From: Paraspadella gotoi
Taxonomy: Eukaryota; Animalia; Chaetognatha
Reading direction: 5' to 3'
Assembly (NCBI GenBank): GCA_051294375.1
Contig: JBJCIZ010000028.1
Coordinates: 1,177,576-1,241,575, forward strand
DNA: 64,000 nt
Shown here: positions 13,630 through 27,400 of the stretch, piece by piece
How the letters are laid out: each line of letters begins with the position of its first letter
How positions within the stretch are numbered: position 1 is the first letter of the stretch
Translations under genes and position numbers: made by a program
The notes under the pieces: generated by a model
Told to the model about the DNA's origin: nothing
Databases searched by the model: none
What the model saw: the letters and a program-made list of their open reading frames with translations, nothing else

Positions 13630-16244
13630 TCAGAGCTCCTTTGTCGCCGCTCCTCCTGCTGCTCCTGCTCCACCACCAGTTCCATCTGCCAGCCTCGCCT
13701 CTCTCTCCTCTGCTGGAATGAGTCTTTCTTTAGATCGGGCGGAAGAGAGGGCGGGGAAGTCGGTGACGGGCGACGCCACGTTGGAAGCGCCGCCGCCCGA
13801 TGCCACCGCCGGGCCGTCCACGTCCACGTCGGGCAGCGGCGAGGGAGAGACGCTCAAGTCGACGGTGGGCGTCTCGATAGAAAGCGTTACGTCACCGTTT
13901 TCTGGGAGATTAAATCAATTTACATAAAAATTGACAAACGTCAACTACGAATTTGTCTTTTAATTAACGAAATCATAAACGTTATATATTATTATTATTA
14001 CTATTATATTAATATTATAATTAACGAAATCATAAACATTTCTTTAACGTCGACAAAAAAAATCAACAAAAATGATGATTCAATTACTATTACTACAATT
14101 ACTATTACTATACGTTATGAAAAATAAATATTTCAAAAATTTCATCCTCTAATTTCTTTGAAGTTTTATTTAATTCAATGAATTCCTCGATCTCCTTTCT
14201 AACTTATTTTTTATCAATTCATTTTTTTATTATTATTACATTTTTATCATATTTATCATATTTATCATCTCACCATCTGATCGATTGAAGTTGGAATTCT
14301 TTCCTGCGCTGCTGCCAGCGCCGCCGCTGCGCCGCTGCTTCCGCGGAGCGGCGTGGACGGCGTCGCCCATGGAATTGTACGAGGATGTAGTGTTGATCCT
14401 CGTGGGGTAAGTGATCCCGTCGCCCATGTGGGTCTCAACGGGAATGAACCAGAGGATTTTTCGATCCCCAAAGACTTCCATCACGTTGTTGAGTTTCCCG
14501 ATGTTGTAACCGTCTTTGTCGGGGCCACTAAGGGAGGGGGGGAAGATGGATGGATAGACGGACAGATGAATGGATGATTGAATGATTGATGAAATGGATG
14601 TAGTGAGGCTGACCTCCTAAAGATGGGCGCCCGAAATGACTCTAGCGTTGACTTGTTGACTGAGAGAAGATAAAGATGATAGAAGAAGAGGGCGGAGAGA
14701 GAGATGGCGAACATAATAGAGACGAAGAAGAGGAAGAGGATGTGGAAGCGAGACATGTTGTCGTTGGGACTCGATCGCCAAAAGTCGATGAAATACTTAA
14801 AAAAAAAGGGAAGGAGATTATGAACAGTTTAGTTCTTACGTCAAAACTAGTTAAGGAGGGAATTGTTAAATATTTGACAAAGTGATCTTGACAGTCTAAA
14901 GTCTCAAAACTAATATCACTAAACAGTTACAATTACCACAATATTCACTAATTTCTTTTTGTATAATNNNNNNNNNNAATCAAATACCTAATTTTTACTG
15001 CAATATGTAAATGAGATTAAAGTCTCACCTCCAACGAGGTTCCGGCGATGTACAAGCAATAAAGGAGGGCGTAAAAAAGAAAGAGAATGAAGAACTTGTA
15101 AGTGTTGAAGCAAACGCAGTTATTGACCCAAGGACAGTGGTGGTCCATCTTCAAGATGCAGGTCCCGCAGACGCTGCAGTGGTGGGCGCGGTCGGGCTTG
15201 ACGCACTTGCACTTTTCGCAGTAGCGAATGCAGCCTGGGCAGAAGAAGGAGGAAGAATGATTAATTAAAATAATTAACTTACCAGAGGATGAGAAAACTT
15301 AGTTTAACTTTTTTAACGTTAAAACAATAAATCAACAACGCACATACCCCTTACTCAGTCGAGGCTACTCAACTTTCAAAGATGGCACTTTGCTGATTCT
15401 CGGACGAGTAACGGGGTATGAAATACTACCACTACAACATGGTTATTCAAAACACTAGACCACACGCTGGGCACCCCAACCTCCATAACTGACCCGAGAC
15501 GGTCCGGTTTTCGACGGGGAGATTCTTGGCGACGTCCTTGAGGATCTGCCGCTGATTTTCCTCGGACTCTTCGTTCTCCAATCGCTCCGCCGTCCGCGGT
15601 TCGAGGAAGAAAGACTTGGGCACCGACGCCGCTTTAGTGAAGATCGTCTTTTTGTGGAGGACGGGGAAGGAGGAGGAGGAGGAGGAGGAGGATTGTAGGT
15701 TTAGTTATTTTTATATATATCATCAAAAAGTAAAACAAACACATAACAGTTGGGAAATGAAGCGAGTGGATCAGTCAGGAATGCCTACTTCCTCAATAAT
15801 GATAACGCGATAAACGATTTGAAGAGATGAAGACAATTTAATGACAAACATCAACTAATGTCATTTGATTATAATTGGATTTCTATTATATTTCGCTCCA
15901 GGAATTCCCCTCCAACAGAAGCAACTCAAAATTCCATGGCCGTGATTATTAAGATCGGAGAAGATAGGCCTAATATAATTTTCTCCGCTTGTGTTATTTC
16001 CATACAATCTACAATTCTACATACAATAATAAACAAGCCCCCTACCTTGAAGTATGACCAGAGAAACATGAAAGAAAAGATGAAAAAGTACGAGATAGAC
16101 GATCTTCTTCGCTGTGTTGTCAACCATCTTGACGCACATCTCCACCACGTAGGCGTAGTAGGACCAGACGATCACCGTCGCGATGAAGATGACGGGGAAC
16201 GCCTTGGCGCAGGAGACGCAGCACTTGAAACAGGGCGACGTCAT
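13630..16244 (-). CDS. DHHC palmitoyltransferase, ZDHHC2/15/20 subfamily, multi-exon
   Basis: [11 protein letters not shown] and FLWSYFK. Exon ~15030-15235 encodes [38 protein letters not shown]. Also [13 protein letters not shown], and EVFG...WFIPV...GDGITYP. The start codon is the best guess. Confidence 0.92.
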
Positions 16245-16551
16245 CGTTGGAGGAGCGGGGGGAGGGGGTGTGGAAAAGAGATTGGCAGGAAGAGGGTAAA
16301 AAAGTTGTGGGTCGATTGTCGTCGTCGTCACTTTCGCTTCATCAAAAAGTTTAGCGAGGATTTCTGAGAAATGATCGACGCTTTCGTCTTTCGCCTCATC
16401 ATTGGTCGACTGAGGAAAGTAGGCGTGTCCACATATTTTTTTTTACTTTTAAAAATTCCTAACGAAAAAATGGAATCCTGGAAATGAAGAGAGAGAGAAT
16501 TTCGGTCATCAAACGATTTATTTTTTATCGGAGCGATGAGCAAAGAACATA

Positions 16552-16554
<3 letters not shown>

Positions 16555-16643
<89 letters not shown>
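16555..16643. repeat. (AG)n microsatellite upstream of the ZDHHC gene
   Basis: About 90 bp of nearly perfect GA dinucleotide. Confidence 0.95.
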
Positions 16644-16645
<2 letters not shown>

Positions 16646-18510
16646 CAGGCACGTTTTTCATGGGAAACTGAGGAGGGGAAAGAAAGAAGAGGCCGGGACT
16701 TTTTGAGGGGCGAATGAGAGAGAGAGAGTCAATGGAAGCGGAGGAATCATTTAATTCTCATTTTAGACTAAAAAATAAAAATATCATGGAACAAATTAGT
16801 TTAATCCATTCGCCTTGAAACGGTAATAAGTGGGGGAGGGGAAATATTTGGTGTAAAACTTTCAACAAAAAAAAAACAAAACCAAGAATAATAACTACGT
16901 TACAATCGGATATTCGATATCAATACTAGAAACTACGCAGTATCTGTCGAAGTCAAAGACGTAATACGTTTAGCTGGCATCGGGCATGTTTTCTATCACA
17001 GTCAAAAAGTGTAACATTTTAGGAAGAGAGATAATGCTGGCGATACAAAGCAAGAAGCATCAGATTTGTGTCGCGTGTTTGGGGAGAAAAACAGGTGGTT
17101 AACGGCATTAATTGCTCATTAAAGAGTCAATTAACGGCATTAATTGCTCATTAGAGGAATTACTCATTAAAGAGTCAATTAATGCCAATAATGGAGAAAA
17201 AATAGGAAAAAGAAATTATCAATAAATAAAGAGAATGGATTGTCATCGTTGGCGATTTTTTAAATGTTAACCGTCATCATAATGGGTTGATTTGACGTTT
17301 ATTAAAACACCAGAAACAAAACTAATTGTTACACAAAACAAACCAATAGAACTAAGCAAAAATAAATATAAAGATATTTTTTTCAAACGTTTTCAAATGT
17401 TTGTTTTTCCCCCAAACTTTGCGGTAAAATATGATGCGTAGTATATAGTAATAGTAAAGCATAACACTAAGATCATGCGTGACTAATAAAAAAAAATATA
17501 AGTGTATATACTGGAAAAGAATTAGGTTTTTTCTAGAAAATATAAAAAAATCTTTGAAACCAAAACGGTCACACAGTTTAGGAATTTAAATTTAAGGTTT
17601 TTTAGAACTTTTAAATAATTTTAGACTCACATCAATAGCACAAATCTAAACAAAAAGGCCACATTCAAAATATCTACTCTGGTTATCTGCGTTAGCATTT
17701 CCAACTGTTTTACTAATAAAATAATTTTCCTTGACTGAAGTCAATGTCCTATTTTAATATCAAACGTTAAGACATATGTTATATATTATTGTGCTTAGAG
17801 TTTCAAGTAGCTAAATTAAAAATATAATGATAAAATACTCCAATGTTGTGAAGCGCGGGGCGAATAATTTTATTTGATTAAACAATCTGTCAAAAAAAGT
17901 CAGCGCTCGACCATTGTAGATAGATTTTTGTTATCACGAAAAAAGTGTCGCTTAAAAGTCGCTGGCGGATTTGTTCATTGGGATGAGTTGAATATAGATG
18001 CACTAATGCACAAATCTACTGGTGCATGGATGTTTATGTGCATAAATTTGAAGAGAAGACATTTCCCCGTTGGTGTTGGTGAAGAGAGAAAGGATAAGGC
18101 AAGGGGAGGGAAAGGTTAAGGCAAGGGGAGGGCAAGGGGAGGGCCTAAAAAACAAATGTGAAAGAATATGGGAAAAAATAAAGTAGTAAGGCAAAAAAAA
18201 GGAGGGGGAAGAGAAAAGAGAAAAAGAAATGGTGGCCTTAATTGCCGAACATGGGAGTAAATTTAGACTTTCCTGAAAGTCATTTAACACTGCAACGCGA
18301 AAAAAGCAGAAAGCGCGAGAGAATCGCAGCTTAGCCACACAAAATTAATAAATCTTTGCCTCTCATAAAAACCAACATTAACATTTCAGCTTCTCCTTCA
18401 TCAAGAAGGCGAAAATCACAAATCCATTTTCTTTTGGCCAATATTTAAAGGGTCAATCGTCCAACGCCATAGCACCGCATTTCCCCCCCCCCCAAAATTG
18501 ACTGAAACGA

Positions 18511-21500
18511 TCAAATATAAGTGGGACAACCCTCGAGATTATGACCGCAGGCGTTGCAGGTCATCACCCCTTTGTCATTAACTAGAGTGCATTGGGGACA
18601 CTGATGACCTCCGCTCTTTAGGTTTGTCTTTCTCGCTGACCCTTTACTTCGGTGACACATTTCGCAGACCGCGAGGGAGTTAGAGTTGGAGTAGGTGCAG
18701 CTGGAGCAGGTCCACCGCCGCTCCACGTCGGATCTCGGCTGGAGCGAGTGGTGAGAAGGATCTGGTCTCTTGGTTGCCTTTTTGAGGGAATTGCGATATA
18801 CGACGGGAAGGGATCTTTGGGAAACATCAGAGTTTTTGGAACGAAGACCAGAAATGGGGAGAGTCGACGTTTGAGAAATGCCTGAGGAAAAATAATCATG
18901 ATTACGGAATACGGATTAAAGATTCTCATCGGTAGCGAACTGAACATTTTTCAATTGTTAACCGTCGTCAGAGGGTAAAACTGCTCCTTCAAGGCATAGG
19001 TTGATTTTCAAAACATCACAAACCAACAAAATCCTTTCACAGTTTGTAACTCTAAAACGCAATTAACCTCCTTAAGTTTATCACTTTGTTTGAAATCGAA
19101 TACAACGCTTAACATGTAATGCGAAATTGCGAATGATCCCACATGTAATATGTTCTTATTTCCTTCCCACCCCACACCCCTACAAGCCTACCCACCATCC
19201 CTCCCATTTCACACCACTGACCGTGAGAGTCTGCAAAGTCCGAAAGACTCATCGCCGCATAAGCGTCGAGCAGGTCGAGACCCGAAGCCCCTGGCGGCGC
19301 CGCTCCGCCGGCCTGAATCGCGTTTCGGTACGAGTCTCTCGTCGGACTGCGACGCTGGAATTTCCCGGCGCCGTCGTCAAATTCTTCGTCGTCGTAATCC
19401 TCGTCGTCTTCTTCGTCGTAGGACGCGTCGCCGCCGCCGTCGTCGCTCAAAACGTTGACGACGTGATTGGCGCGCTGCGTCAGCGGCGACGACTGCGGCG
19501 GCGTCTCGCGCCGCACGGGGATTTGAACGGCGGCGGAAGGGCGAGCGTTGGCGTTGGCGGCGGACGGCGCCGAAGATGGAGAGACTCCGAGTTTAGTCGT
19601 GACGAACGCTTTGGGCTTTTGATTCGAGCTGACGACGTGAATCGGGATTTTGACGACGCGATGGGAAGATGACGCCTTGGAGGAGGAGGAGGAGGAAGAC
19701 CCCGTGGAGACCACACCAGAAGACGACACGGCCAACGACTTGTCCCGAGGCCAGTCGGGGATCTTGGCGGCGGCGGCGGCGGCCGCGGAGGAGGAAGAGT
19801 CTCGGTAGGAGTTGGACGAGACGGAGATAGGGACGTCGCTCGACGCCGAAGACAAAGCGCCGCTCAGCGGGAGATCAACTTTGGCGCCGAGACGAAACGA
19901 CGCCGACGAATCCGGCGCCGCGAAAGAAGATGATAGAGTAAAAGGTTTTTGCTGTTGTTGTTGCTGTAGTTGGTGATGGTGATGATGCTGCTGCGGATGA
20001 TGCGACGAGGATGAAGAATTGGTGAACCCGTTTTCCAATTGAGTCGCGGGGCTTCCGTGATGGTGCTGTTGTTGTTGTTGTTGTTGTTGAGAGGCGAGCG
20101 CTGAGATAAGATGATGGATGTGAAATTAAGATTAATGACATCACATTATAATAGTTTAGAGTTTCTTTGATAACATTTTTATTCATAAGGAAGTCTAATT
20201 CAATTATTAAATATTCATACATAACATCACTTGCTTAAAACTACGATATGACTACAAATGACTTACCGTCGAAGCCATCATTGTCGTAAAAAGATCTTCG
20301 ATTGACTTCGTCGCTCGGATAGAATTTCGTGGAGGCGAATTCCGCTGTCGAACGAAGGAGAGGCTCGGTTAAAGCCGAGTTATTATGAATATTAACTATA
20401 TTAAAAACGACTTTAATACTCGGTTCAATAAAAGTTCATTGATTGAATAGCATAATTTAAACTAAAACCATTCATCCACTAGCATTTTTTATAAATTACT
20501 TCTTGCAAACAAATTGCAAGACTAATTTTTATTGCTGAATATTGAAGGAATTTATGAACCGCCTTCCCGGCCCCATCAAAGTTTGGTTTCACAGAAGGAA
20601 AGCCACTGAAACTGACACCAACCAAGACTTGAGGCGATGGGAGGTTTTTTCAATGCATAATAAATGCAATTATTGATGAGAAAATATTTATTTTTCACTC
20701 AGCGCCAGATTGAATTGTTGAGTCTGACCTCCATGTTAAAGCGAACGTATTGGAAAACAAGTTTGAGCAAACAATGTCGGATCTGCCTACGATAATTTTT
20801 TCAAATTGCATCATTTTTTCAACTTTCAACTTGCATCCAACATTCCAATCTAACCATCCAATCACGAGTAATTGGATTTTTTTTTGCTAAGGGGGATGGA
20901 CGGACGGACGGACAGACATTTTTTTTTCATAATGTTCTGACATGATTTAAATGAATGACCGACAAAATTGTTGGCGGGACCGACAAAGTGAATTATAGAG
21001 TCGGAATCGGCTGATAAGCAGATCCGACTAAAAACGATCTGTAGTTTGTCTTTGCAGCTGAGGAAAGTTGGAGTTTGTCATGGGATGAGATTATCCCTCA
21101 CAAGTCTGATCACTAACTGATTTGGTGATTATTTTACGCCGTCAAAGTTTTTGTTCGGATGGCATACAGAGCTATCAAGTTTTTTTTGAGTGTCAGTTTC
21201 GGTGATTCTCCTTGTAGCAAGATGTCCTTTTTTTTACCGTCATTATCGTCAGTTAAAGAGTCAGCTAGGAGGCGTCCGGATCCGAATCCGCCTCCAGCGC
21301 CTCCTCTGCCGAAAGAGGAGGCGTTCGGCGTCGCTTCTAAACTGGTTACAGTCAACGAAGCATTTAACTCATTTTGATGTAGACCTGATGACGGACGAAG
21401 AAGAAAAATCAACGATGGAATAAATAAATAAAATTTCTCTTTCTTTTCTTTCAAATTTCCACTTTTCTCCTTAAAAAAAAATAATCAAGAAGTAATAAAA

Positions 21501-22091
21501 TCCCAAACATTCCCGGCGACTTTGAACAACCAGCGCCGCCACTCGGGCCGCTCAGCGCCGCCGCCTTCCCGGTCTCCGGCGCCACCGTCGCTGCCGACGT
21601 GCCAATCTCCCCGCGGCATCTTTTCCGGGCGCCCCAATGGGCAGGAGAGAGAAGAGCGCCGCTTGAAGCACGTACCTTCGGCCGAGATGGGCCGCGACGC
21701 CGAGGCCGGCTTGGCGAGCGGGCGTGCTTCGTCTCGGAGAGAGAGTCGGTGCATAGAGGCGACGGAACGGCTCGGCGAAGAAGCCGACGCCGGCGTCGTC
21801 GCCTCGGCCGAAAGACCGGAAGTCGGCTTGGCGCTCGGCAGCGAAGACCTCAGCGGCGACCGACGAGTGAGTGAATTGACCGGATGGCGCCGGGAGACGG
21901 AGCCAGAACTGGTGACGCCGAAATGAGGGACGGGGAAATCGGGCGGCGTCGACGAAGGATTCGCCGGAGGTTTGAAGGAGGAAGAGGAAGGAGTCGGGGA
22001 TGCGGACTTGAGACGTCGTTTGGCCGAAATGAGTTTAGCGCAAGAATCCACGGAACAAACGCTGATCTTGCGTTCCTGAGGGATAAGAGGA

Positions 22092-22125
<34 letters not shown>

Positions 22126-23737
22126 GAAAACAAGAAAACAAGAACGGAGATTTCAATGCGTGTTGCGCCGCAGTGACTTTTTTATTACGAGAATTTCAGG
22201 AAATGTTCGACACGCGTTCTGACTCCTTCAATTTCAAAAGCCTAACCTTCCAAACGTCCTCTACAGAAACCCCGCCGCTGCCGCCGCTGCCGCGCAGGAG
22301 ATCGTAGACGGCAAGAAGGACGCGCGTCTCGCAGGCGGCGATGAGGAGGTCGCAGGAGACGGCGGAGGCGGCGGCGGAGTCGATGGCGGCGGCGGGCGGG
22401 AGGACGAGGAGATTGTTGGGCTGGGAGACGTAGCCTGGAGTTTGGGGTTGGGGTTGGGAAGAAGGCGATGAAAAGATCAAGAGACAAGAAAAATACGAAC
22501 TAAGTATTAAGTTATACCATAACAAACGTCTGAAGAGTGAAAACCACAGACAAATTACGAAACAAAAAATCATAATCTTATGCGGTTATTCTAATATGCG
22601 TAGTTAATCGAACTAATTGAACAAACGAACAAACAATCACCATTGGTGATTCAACAATCACAAGGGCAAATCACATTCATCCCAACGAAAACCATCAAAC
22701 TTCACCTAAAAGAGTAAAGATCTTTGCGGCCTCCGGCACGAACGGCAACACGCTGTTGACGAAGAAAGAGTTGTAGAGTTTGAGAGACCGGGAATCCGGA
22801 CGCCACGGCTCCGTCACCAAACGAAGGATGAAGTCTTCGAGGAGGCAAAAGGCTTCGGCCACGCCCACCAACTCGGAAGCGGAGATCGAAGACGGGAAAC
22901 TCCCCTCGATGCAGCTGGAGGAGGGAGGGGAAGAAAGAGAAGAGAAAAATCAAAATGGGAAGATAAATGGGAGCGAGTAAGAAAGTAAGAAAACCCCAAA
23001 CCCAAGATGAAAGCTCGATCCCAGGTTGAGCCCCACGAACCTGGTGAAGATGTCGAGAAAATCGTCGGTGATGAACTTGGAGGGAGTTCCCACGAGATTT
23101 AAGAAGTTGTTGACGACGTCGACGACGCGTTGGCGACTCTCGGTCTCGTTGCCGAATCCCATCGAGTCGATGTACTCGCTGACGGAGAAGAGGGAGTGAG
23201 AGAGGAAGAGAAGTTTTTTTTTCTCAACTGGTTATTCATTTAATAAAATATGGTTTGAAAATTATAATAATAATAAATAATAATAATAATAAAGTAAGTA
23301 TGTAATAAAGTTTGGGAGCTCAAATGATTCGAACAAAGACGACGACGAATATAACAAGGAAGACGACGACGAAGTCTTTGTACTTTGTGACCCGTAGTGG
23401 TCAGTAAGAATGACCCTTCGTATCCAAACAGAATGACTTTGTTATGGCCGACCTTTTTCAGCCAATGTAAATACGTATTTGTTGTTGTTGTTATTTTTAC
23501 CTTTTTGTTTTTCGTTAATATATGTTTTCTCCTCACAAAAAAACACGTCTCGAATTAAATAAAGTTTTAATAATGAAAAAACAAATAAAAAGGAGTTAAA
23601 ATGAATTTCAAATGTTGAGTAAATGTTGATGTCCAAGAAACGAACCTGTACAGTTCGACGATGTGTCCTCTTTTGTGAAGAGGCTCTTTCTCTTCCATCC
23701 CCCACGAGGGCGTCCCCCGCCCGTAAGCACTCTTCAT
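18511..23737 (-). CDS. Tamozhennic / SPATA2-like protein (PUB-like domain, long low-complexity linker, two RanBP2-type zinc fingers)
   Basis: Exon 22705-22915 encodes EAFCLLEDFILRLVTEPWRPDSRSLKLYNSFF...IFTLLG|Y (SPATA2/tamo PUB-like). The C-terminus is WTCSSCTYSN..CEMC and QCPQCTLVN..CNAC..CPTYI*. GT-AG junctions found for the linker exons. Confidence 0.8.
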
Positions 23738-24493
23738 GTCGTGGGAACAAAGAATCACAAAAAAAACCAGGGAGACCAGCTCTCTATATTATTTCTCAAG
23801 GCTAACTAAATCATCTGAAATGCAAAAGGTTATAAAAATAAATTTTAAAATCAACTAAATACCAAAAAAAAAAAAAAGAAAATGCGCACAAACTATATAA
23901 ATAATCGACATCGTGGTTTCCCTAGATGCAGTTTTATTTTATAACCGAAGAAAATGCAGATTTAATTTAAAAAAATTAATTTTAAAATTTAATCGAAAAC
24001 AGTCCCTAGCATAAAACGAAATAAAACGAAAAAATGTTCGCTTTTTTAGATAGTATTGTGAATGTTTGTTATGAACAATTGGCGATGAATTTTGTTTTTA
24101 ATCATAAATAACGAAGTGGCGGACGAGTTTAAAAAAAAGAAAAAACTGATGAGCCCGCATTAGCGAAATAGTTAACGAGATTATTATGAAGAAAGGGGGG
24201 AGCAAACCCTGAGTAAAAAGATGTGCGGAGTTGGAGACAAGTTTTATTTGGTCATCGTCGGCTTCGGCTTTTTTTTTCCATTCTTTGCACTTTTTTAAAT
24301 TCTTTTGTCTTCTCTTTCTAATTTTCTTCCTCCCTCTCTCTCTCTCTTCCTCTCCCCCTCTCTCTCTCCCTCTATTTACCACGAAAACGATCTATCTTGC
24401 GCTTCCAGTTTCATTTCTTCTCTCTCAACATCTCTCCTTCCCCGAAACATTTAATCTCTTTTACAATTTTCTCTCTCTCTCCCTCTCGCCATC

Positions 24494-27400
24494 TCACGCG
24501 TCTTTGGTCGTCGAAACCTCAAGGGAGAGGGAGTCATTCTTGAGCTGAGCCTCAGGAGAATTAAAGAGAGAGACAGAGTCATTTTTAAGCGTCGAGTGAG
24601 CTGAGAGGGAGGCGGAGTCACTCTCCGGCGCGAGGGAGAGAGAGTCATTCTCATGCGCCATGGAGAGAGAGTCGGTTTTAGGGACAACGGAGGGCGAATC
24701 GTTTTGGGAGGCGACGAAGAGCGAGTCGTTTTGAGGAACGATAGAGAGCGAGTCATTCTCCCTCGCTGAGGGAAAGTCACGTTTGAGTGTAACAGAGTCA
24801 GACGCTGAGAAAATGGAGTCACTTTTGGGTCCAAAGGAGATGGAGTCATTTTGTGTCGTCAAGTCTACGGGAGAATCAGAGATAGACTGGCTTTTCACAG
24901 TTGTATTGGTCGAGAGAGAGATAGAGTCACCCGTCGACGGGAGAGAGAGAGAGACATTTCCCGACGCTAAAGGAGTCAAATCTATGGGACCAGAGTCGCT
25001 TAAGCTCTTGAACGCCTTTGGCTCACTGAGTATTCTCGAATAAACGGGCGAGGCGGGTTCGTCTTTGACAAGGGCGAAATCGTCGCTGGACGAGCGTTCG
25101 TCTCTTTTATCCACCAGGGACGATCGCACTTCTTCTCTTGGCTCCGCAGACGACGATCGCCCTTCTTTAGGATTCACAGATGATGATCGCCCTTCCTCTT
25201 TGGGGTTCACAGATGATGATCGCCCTTCTTCTTTAGTGTTCACAGATAATGATCGCCCTTCTTTGGGGTTCGCCGCTGATGATCGCCGTTCCACCGTCCT
25301 TATGTTTTCCTCTTTTAAAATAAAACTCGAGTTTTCTGATTTAATCAAGTTTTTCGATTCTTCTCTAGATTCTTTCTTCGATTCTTCTTCCTTCAATTGA
25401 TGGACACTCGATTTTGAGTTTTCGTCGTCGTCGTCGTCGTCAACCTCCATCGGTTCGTCCGGCTTCGGTTCTTCCCCATTCGCCACTCGTCCGTCCCTTT
25501 CGTCTCCAACGGCGACTGCGACTCCGTCAGGAGATTCGTCCTTTGTTTGAATTTCTGTCGTCGGCGATTTCTCGTCGGCGCTAATCTCAGTTTTCAACGA
25601 TGCATCAATGGCTTTGGTTGTTAACAACGGAGCATCATCCGTCATTTGTAAGTTTGACGATTCCTCCATTGCATTTATTTCAGTTTTTGAGGACGACGCA
25701 TCGTTTAATTCAGTCGATGATGAACTTTTCTCTCTTATTTCTAATTTCGACAATTTTTCCACTCGAGCTATTTCCATATTCAAAGAAGAGTCGACGTTTA
25801 TCTCTGACGACGCAATTTCGTCCTTTGGTTTGAACGATTCGTTGTCTCCAGCAAATTCCCCTTCGACTGACGCGTCGTCTCCAGTATCGTCTTCCCCAGC
25901 ACCAGCATCCTCCATCGCGGCGTCGACGATGGATTCCGAGTCGGCGATTTCACCAGCCTCGCTTCCTTTGGCGTCGCCGTTGGAGGAAGAGAGGATCGTG
26001 CAGGCGGGCGAGGGACAGGCGGGCGAGGGACAGGCGGGCGAGGCGGCCTGCCTCTCTCTTGCCTCCAAATCCATTGGATCGACGGAGAGCAGATCGACGA
26101 AGCTGTGCGGACGACGCGAAGGCGCCGACAAGCAGTCAAGGTTCGTGGCGAAGGCGTCGTCGGGCATCGCGCAGCAGAGTGTCTCGTCGCCGGCCTGAAC
26201 CGGCGTCGCTGAAGACGGCGACGCCATCGGCGCCAACTCTTGTCCGAAGGGATCGACGAGGTCATCGGCGAAGGTGGGTCGATTCTGCCGGAGAAGAGAA
26301 TCTCGCTCCATCGTTTCGTCCAAATCTCGATCTTCGAATCGAGGATCGAGAAATCGATTGGGCGTGTAGACTGATCGATCTTCGTCGTCGAAGGAGGAGG
26401 CGCCGTAAGGATCATCGCGATTGGAGGAGGGGAAGCCTTGATTGGACGAATCAGGATCGTAGATAGAGTCATCTGCTCCGCAACCGCCGCCGCCGCCGCC
26501 GTAGGGCGCAAACCCCGCCCCGTCCTCCACCGCCCGAGCGAAGGAGGCCTCGTTAAAGTCAGGCGGATCCAGTTCGGAGAATTCGAAGGCGTATTGGCGG
26601 CAAGAATCGTAGAGCTGATGGACGTTTTGCACGTGACCGCGGAAGGAAGTCATGTAGCGCGTCGTGTAATCGTTGCAGATTGTACAGCGATAGCGAATCT
26701 GCCTGTGAATGGCGTTGATGTGGATGCGAATCGTGTCGGCGCGAGGAGAGACCGTCTCGCAGGCCGAACATTTGTACATCCTCTCTCCGCCGATGGAGAC
26801 AACCAAAACGCGGAATGAATCTTCGAGTCTCGCGCCTGAGCGGAACGCCGTCTCTCCATTGGCGAGTTCCGTCAGCGGCGCGGGCGGCGTCTGATGGTGG
26901 AAGGGTCGGTGGTGATGGTGGTGCCCGTTGGACGCCGACCGCTTTCGTCCGCGCAGGGATTTGAAGTTGTGAGCGAACTTTTCGTGGCGCCGAAGATTCG
27001 AGTTGTATTTCGTGTTGAATTCGCAAAGGTTGCACTGGAGGAGACCGTTGACGATCGTGTACGACTTGTGGGGAGATTTTCTTTTCGAAGGAGACGGGAA
27101 AGATGCTGGCGGGGTCCGCGGCGGCGTCCGCGGTGGCAGCGGCTGCGGCCGCGGCTTTAAAACGCGTCCGTGAGGATCAGATTCGATCTTCTTCTTCTTT
27201 GGGAGCCCGTTTTTGTATCTCGCCAATCGTCGGGAGTTTTCCTCCTCGAATTCTGAGTCGGACAGAGAGACGACGGTGACGAGGCCTCGACCCATGCAGT
27301 CCACCATCGTCAGCCTGGTAGAAAGAGTATCTTAATCTCATTTGCATATTGTGGTAATGAACTTTTATGTTTGAGCAGTTACATATATATACTTAAGGGA

